DNA of 51,432 nucleotides from Alphaproteobacteria bacterium (GTDB lineage Bacteria; Pseudomonadota; Alphaproteobacteria; CAAHEQ01; UBA3637): NCBI GenBank assembly GCA_017533325.1, contig JAFXIF010000033.1, positions 1 to 51,432 of the forward strand, read 5' to 3'. Shown piece by piece: positions 49,664 to 51,432 of this stretch (position 1 is its first letter; each line of letters starts with the position of its first letter). The notes under the pieces were generated by a model. It saw only the letters and a program-made list of their open reading frames with translations, ran no database searches and was not told where the DNA came from. The position numbers and the translations under genes were made by a program.

Positions 49664-50131
49664 ATGAAAAAGCTCTTGTTTTTAAGTGTATTTTTTTACT
49701 GTTCTTCAGTTTTCGGAGCTGATATTGAAACAAAAACCATGATGATTCGGGGCGTGGATAAAGTAACGGGTCATGTTTCAACGGTTAAAGCAACGGTTCA
49801 TGAACCGTTGGAATTTGGCTCTTTAATGATTATTCCTGAAAAGTGTTTAACAAAACCACCGGAAGAAACGCCTGAAAATGCCGCTTTTTTCAGGATTTTT
49901 GAAAAAGATTCAGATGGCGTTCAACAAACAGTTTTCAATGGGTGGATGTTTTCTTCAAATCCGGCTTTATCGGCTATGGAACATGCCAGATATGATATTT
50001 GGGTTTTATATTGCATCAATGATGATTTGAATTCAAAAATTCTTTCGCCGGAGAAAATATCTCAAGAAGAGGATTTAAATTTGGTTGCTGAAGATGATAA
50101 TCCGGCCTTGAGTGAAGAGAGCGAAGACTGA
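49664..50131 (+). CDS. DUF2155 domain protein
   Basis: [47 protein letters not shown]. Confidence 0.88.
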   Translation: MKKLLFLSVFFYCSSVFGADIETKTMMIRGVDKVTGHVSTVKATVHEPLEFGSLMIIPEKCLTKPPEETPENAAFFRIFEKDSDGVQQTVFNGWMFSSNPALSAMEHARYDIWVLYCINDDLNSKILSPEKISQEEDLNLVAEDDNPALSEESED

Positions 50132-50226
50132 TTTTTGATAAAAAAACATTAATTTTTAAAAAAAGTGTTGATTTTTCTTTTTATATCGTGTATAAAATAG
50201 ACCTCAATGAATCTATGGAGTTAAAA

Positions 50227-50448
50227 ATGAAAAAAGATATTCATCCGGATTACCACGAAATTACAGTTGTTATGACAGATGGCACAGAATTTAAAACACG
50301 CTCAACTTTGGGCAAAGAAGGTGCTGTTGTTCGTTTAGATATTGATCCGTTATCACATCCGGCTTGGACAGGTGTCTATCGTATGATTGATACGGGTGGT
50401 CAATTAGCGAAATTTAACAAGAAATTTGCTGGTTTCAAAGCATCATAA
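50227..50448 (+). CDS. rpmE: 50S ribosomal protein L31 (Zn-free type)
   Basis: [31 protein letters not shown]. Start moved to 50227. Confidence 0.95.
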   Translation: MKKDIHPDYHEITVVMTDGTEFKTRSTLGKEGAVVRLDIDPLSHPAWTGVYRMIDTGGQLAKFNKKFAGFKAS

Positions 50449-50478
50449 TCTTTTTACTATTATTTTAGTTAAAGGTTT

Positions 50479-50513
50479 AAAAAAAGGGGCATTGGTTACA
50501 ATGTCTTTTTTTT
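50479..50513 (+). terminator. Terminator after rpmE
   Basis: A-run GGGGCATTG-GTTA-CAATGTCT T-run. Confidence 0.65.
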
Positions 50514-50541
50514 ATGCCTTATTTTTTTATCAATGCTTTAG

Positions 50542-51213
50542 AATCCAAGAGAAATTTTTTTAACGCAAGAGTATATGAAAAATGCACCGATTGTTTTGGT
50601 GTGGACGTCAACGAACAAAGACTATGGGCCCATGCATGCAGGGTCAAGCTATCAAAATGTGGGGCTTTTTGCCGTTGCGCATAAGATGGGCGCTGTTGTA
50701 AGAGGCTATTTTGACAAGGCAAAAGTGCGCGAAGCGTTAAAATTAAAGCCCAATGAAGAGGTCCTTATTTCCATGGCGGTCGGCTACCCGATATTTACCG
50801 ATAAAGATGATAAAGACGTTCCGGATGGCGGGCTAAACCCTGATGTCGCCCCAACTCCTGACGGCGTTTCAAAGCCTGAGGGTGTTTCAACTCCTGAGGG
50901 CGTTTTAAATCTTGCCAATGTCCCAACTCCTGCCGGTGTTCCAACTCCTGAGGGTGTTTTAAAGCCTGATGTCGCCCCAACTCCTAACGGTGTTCCAACT
51001 TCTGACGGTGTCCCAACTTCTGAGGGCGTTTCAAGGTCTGAGGGTGTTTCAACTTCTGAGGGTGTTCCAACTCCTGAATTAACAGCGCCGGAGCTTAAAA
51101 GTAATAATCCGGTTCTAGCGCCTGTTCCTTCTCAAGAGGAGGGGGGAGCTTTACCTGATGCGCCCAAGACTCAATCAAGTGAAGCAAACAAGGATTTAAA
51201 AGTCGCTTCTTAA
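50542..51213 (+). pseudogene. N-terminally truncated nitroreductase (SagB-like) fragment with Pro-rich repeat tail
   Basis: Only the C-terminal half of a nitroreductase is present (AP.VLV, MHAGSSYQNVGLFA...MGAVVRG, MAVGYP). In-frame TAG at 50539-50541 lies just upstream; first ATG is 50575. Confidence 0.6.
50833..51078 (+). repeat. In-frame 18-bp tandem repeat array (13-14 units, PTPEGV consensus)
   Basis: Degenerate units CCAACTCCTGAGGGTGTT at an exact 18-bp period (50851, 50869, ... 51067). Confidence 0.9.
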
Positions 51214-51432
51214 AGCTTTTAGCCTTTTTTTTAAGCCGAATCAACGGCTTAAAATGAAGGTTAACGCGTTGATATTTATGATGATTTAAGTTTTTTTATG
51301 TTTGGCAATAAAAAGGCTTATAAACAAAAAATAACCTTTTGCCTATACGCATTAAATAAACTTGAAAATGAAAAAGTCAAGACCTTAAAAGACATTTTTT
51401 TTTGCCAAACCTGACAAAAGCTTAAAAAAAGC

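Noticed and set aside
50227-50448. L31 without zinc-binding cysteines
   Set aside because: The Cys-free short L31 is the usual alphaproteobacterial form.
50833-51078. Possible CRISPR array
   Set aside because: Contiguous 18-bp units with no unique spacers, in frame within an ORF, and no cas genes: a coding minisatellite.

Overview
AT-rich chromosomal window from an alphaproteobacterium. The evidence is ccrM, fzlA, carD, a DivL-like PAS protein, envC-ctpA-rppH, secG-kdsA-eno, lgt-pgeF and mlaD-mlaD-DUF2155. It looks like a reduced, probably anaerobic or host-associated lineage, but that is inference. Most of the window is housekeeping (aas, gpsA, uppS, queA, hslO, comEC, hisS, dnaE, rpmE) plus two tRNAs, Ile2-CAT and Ala-CGC. 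I found no integrase, transposase, CRISPR array or rRNA. The most unusual part is a ~9.3 kb block (14124-23437) between uppS and queA. It holds two tandem paralogous large proteins, each joining an unnamed N-terminal domain with a conserved W-E-[ST]-C-M motif to a long leucine-rich-repeat solenoid and ending in SQYE(L). Three DUF805 membrane-protein paralogs bracket them, and the second LRR gene is broken by two opposite single-base shifts at homopolymer runs. Other oddities: a kinase-less DivL-like protein, an HSL-family esterase lacking its catalytic Ser, a candidate modular CU-rich sRNA near tRNA-Ala, tandem covarying hairpins at 519-795, conserved operons missing pyrG and two complex I accessory genes, and a truncated nitroreductase carrying an 18-bp repeat array. 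All family calls come from motif recognition by eye; no searches were run.
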